From contig JAYZFK010000062.1 in the NCBI GenBank assembly GCA_036336835.1, positions 192,001-256,000 on the forward strand: a stretch of DNA of 64,000 bases, in the 5' to 3' direction. The notes beneath the pieces were generated by a model, which worked only from the letters and a program-made list of their open reading frames with translations, was not told the DNA's origin and did no database searches. Shown piece after piece: positions 62,601 through 64,000 of the stretch. A program made the position numbers and the translations under genes. Numbering within the stretch: the stretch's first letter is position 1; each line of letters opens with the position of its first letter. The DNA comes from Myxococcota bacterium. Its GTDB lineage: Bacteria > Myxococcota_A > UBA9160 > UBA4427.

Positions 62601-64000
62601 ATGCGAGGCACCGATCTGCAATCCCGCCGTTTCCACGAAGCCAGCAGCACCTGGCTGCGCTCGTTTGCGCTCGACGATCTGAAGGTGCTCGTCGTCTGCC
62701 GCGGCCCAGTGCGCCAGGAGGCCTTCGATCTCTTCGACGCCATCGGTGTTGCCGAGTACGGGATGCTGCTCTCGGAGAAGGACTCGGTCGTCTTCCCGCG
62801 TTGCCTGGCGCCTGAGCTGCGCAGCTTTCGTTTCCCGAACAACGTCCACCGCGTGCAGGACTACATGGGCGTGGGGCAGCAGGAGAAGCTCCAGCGCATC
62901 CGCGAGATCGTCGGCATTGCTCGCGACCACGGCTACACCCACGTCTTCGCAGGGTATGGCTTCATGGCCGAGGACGCGGAGTTCGTCGAGGCGATCGAGC
63001 AGTCCGGTCTGGGCTTCATGGGGCCGTCGTCGGCCGTGATTCGCCGGGCGGGAGCCAAGGACGAGGCCAAGAAGACGGCGCGCGGGCTCGGCAATGCCGT
63101 CATCCCCGGTATTGACGACGTCTCGCCGCGGGCGCTGCTACGCGCTGCGGGAGACCGTCGCGCCCTCGAGGCGCTCGCGAGCGAGCACGCGCTGTCGCAG
63201 TTTGCCTGGGACGACGATCTGTCGCTGGAGGAGAACGCCGAGGCGCTGCTACAGGCGGGCTATGCGAAGACAGTCGAGCTGGTCACGATCGATCAGCTGC
63301 AACGCGAAGCCGAGGCGATCTGCGAGGAAATCTGGCGCGACTACCCAGGTAGTCGCGTGCGCTTCAAGCACATCGGTAGTGGCGGTGGCAAGGGTCAGCG
63401 AGTCATTGGCGACCGGGATGCCGTGGCGGCCGGCGTGATGGAGGTCCTGGCCGAATCGAAGGTCGTCGAGCGCGGCAGCAACAGGAACTTCCTGATCGAG
63501 CTCAATCTCGAGCGCACGCGCCACAACGAGATCCAGCTGATTGGCAACGGGGAGTGGTGCCTTTCGCTGGGCGGTCGCGATTGCTCGGTGCAGATGCACG
63601 AGCAGAAGCTCGTGGAGGTCTCGCTCACCCAGGAGCTGCTCGATGTCGAAATCGAGCTCTCCGAGGGAAAGGCGCTCGAGATCCTGCGAGGCGACAAGCA
63701 GACTCTCGAGCGCATGGAGACACAGGGCGAGAGGTTCGGTGAAGCGACCGGGCTCGACTCGGTCTCGACCTTCGAGTGCATCGTCGAGGGTTTCAACCAC
63801 TTCTTCATGGAGATGAACACCCGGATCCAGGTCGAGCACGGCGTCACCGAACTCGCCTACCGGCTCCGGTTCACCAATCCTGACGACCCCTCGGAGTGTT
63901 TCTACGTCGACGAGCTGATCGAGGCGATGGCCCTGCTCGCGAGGCACGGCCCGCGCCTGCCCAAGCCCGAGCGTGTGGTGCGCGCCGTGTCCGGTCTCGA
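62601..64000 (+). CDS. Biotin carboxylase subunit (truncated by the window end)
   Basis: ATG 62601 frame open to the end of the window: GYGFMAED, GGGKGQR, RHNEIQ, RDCSVQ and FMEMNTRIQVEH motifs. Confidence 0.88.
   Translation, partial: MRGTDLQSRRFHEASSTWLRSFALDDLKVLVVCRGPVRQEAFDLFDAIGVAEYGMLLSEKDSVVFPRCLAPELRSFRFPNNVHRVQDYMGVGQQEKLQRIREIVGIARDHGYTHVFAGYGFMAEDAEFVEAIEQSGLGFMGPSSAVIRRAGAKDEAKKTARGLGNAVIPGIDDVSPRALLRAAGDRRALEALASEHALSQFAWDDDLSLEENAEALLQAGYAKTVELVTIDQLQREAEAICEEIWRDYPGSRVRFKHIGSGGGKGQRVIGDRDAVAAGVMEVLAESKVVERGSNRNFLIELNLERTRHNEIQLIGNGEWCLSLGGRDCSVQMHEQKLVEVSLTQELLDVEIELSEGKALEILRGDKQTLERMETQGERFGEATGLDSVSTFECIVEGFNHFFMEMNTRIQVEHGVTELAYRLRFTNPDDPSECFYVDELIEAMALLARHGPRLPKPERVVRAVSGL

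Overview
GC-rich bacterial chromosomal segment, probably Myxococcota or another deltaproteobacterial lineage. This is inferred from the parB-bactofilin-atpF'FHAGDC order, a MXAN_5187-like C-terminal domain protein and an MrpA-less Mrp operon. Most of the window is housekeeping: partial ATP synthase operon, nagA, bioB, ispB, comEA, a BtuFCD-like ABC importer, eno, a 10-gene Mrp antiporter, glnB-glnA, argH-dapF-dapA-dapB, PBP1B with a TPR lipoprotein, lspA, and an IclR / acyl-CoA dehydrogenase / malic enzyme / acyl-CoA carboxylase cluster. The standout is a ~7.2 kb integrase-less islet bounded by tRNA-Ala(CGC) and a 31/32-identical copy of its 3' end. It encodes two cytochromes P450, an SDR, a 6-oxocamphor-hydrolase-like beta-diketone hydrolase, a SnoaL-like protein, an amidohydrolase and a KstR2-like TetR. 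Its two divergent promoter regions each carry a CAAGCGCTTG palindrome matching the KstR2 operator, suggesting a self-regulated ring-cleavage module for a terpenoid- or steroid-like compound. Other notable signals: a BirA-type operator before bioB, a 289-bp convergent nagA/bioB overlap, a candidate cation riboswitch before mrp, sigma54/NtrC-like sites around glnB-glnA, and tandem Trp-less dodecins in a coupled operon. All calls come from reading the sequence and recalled family motifs; no database searches were run.
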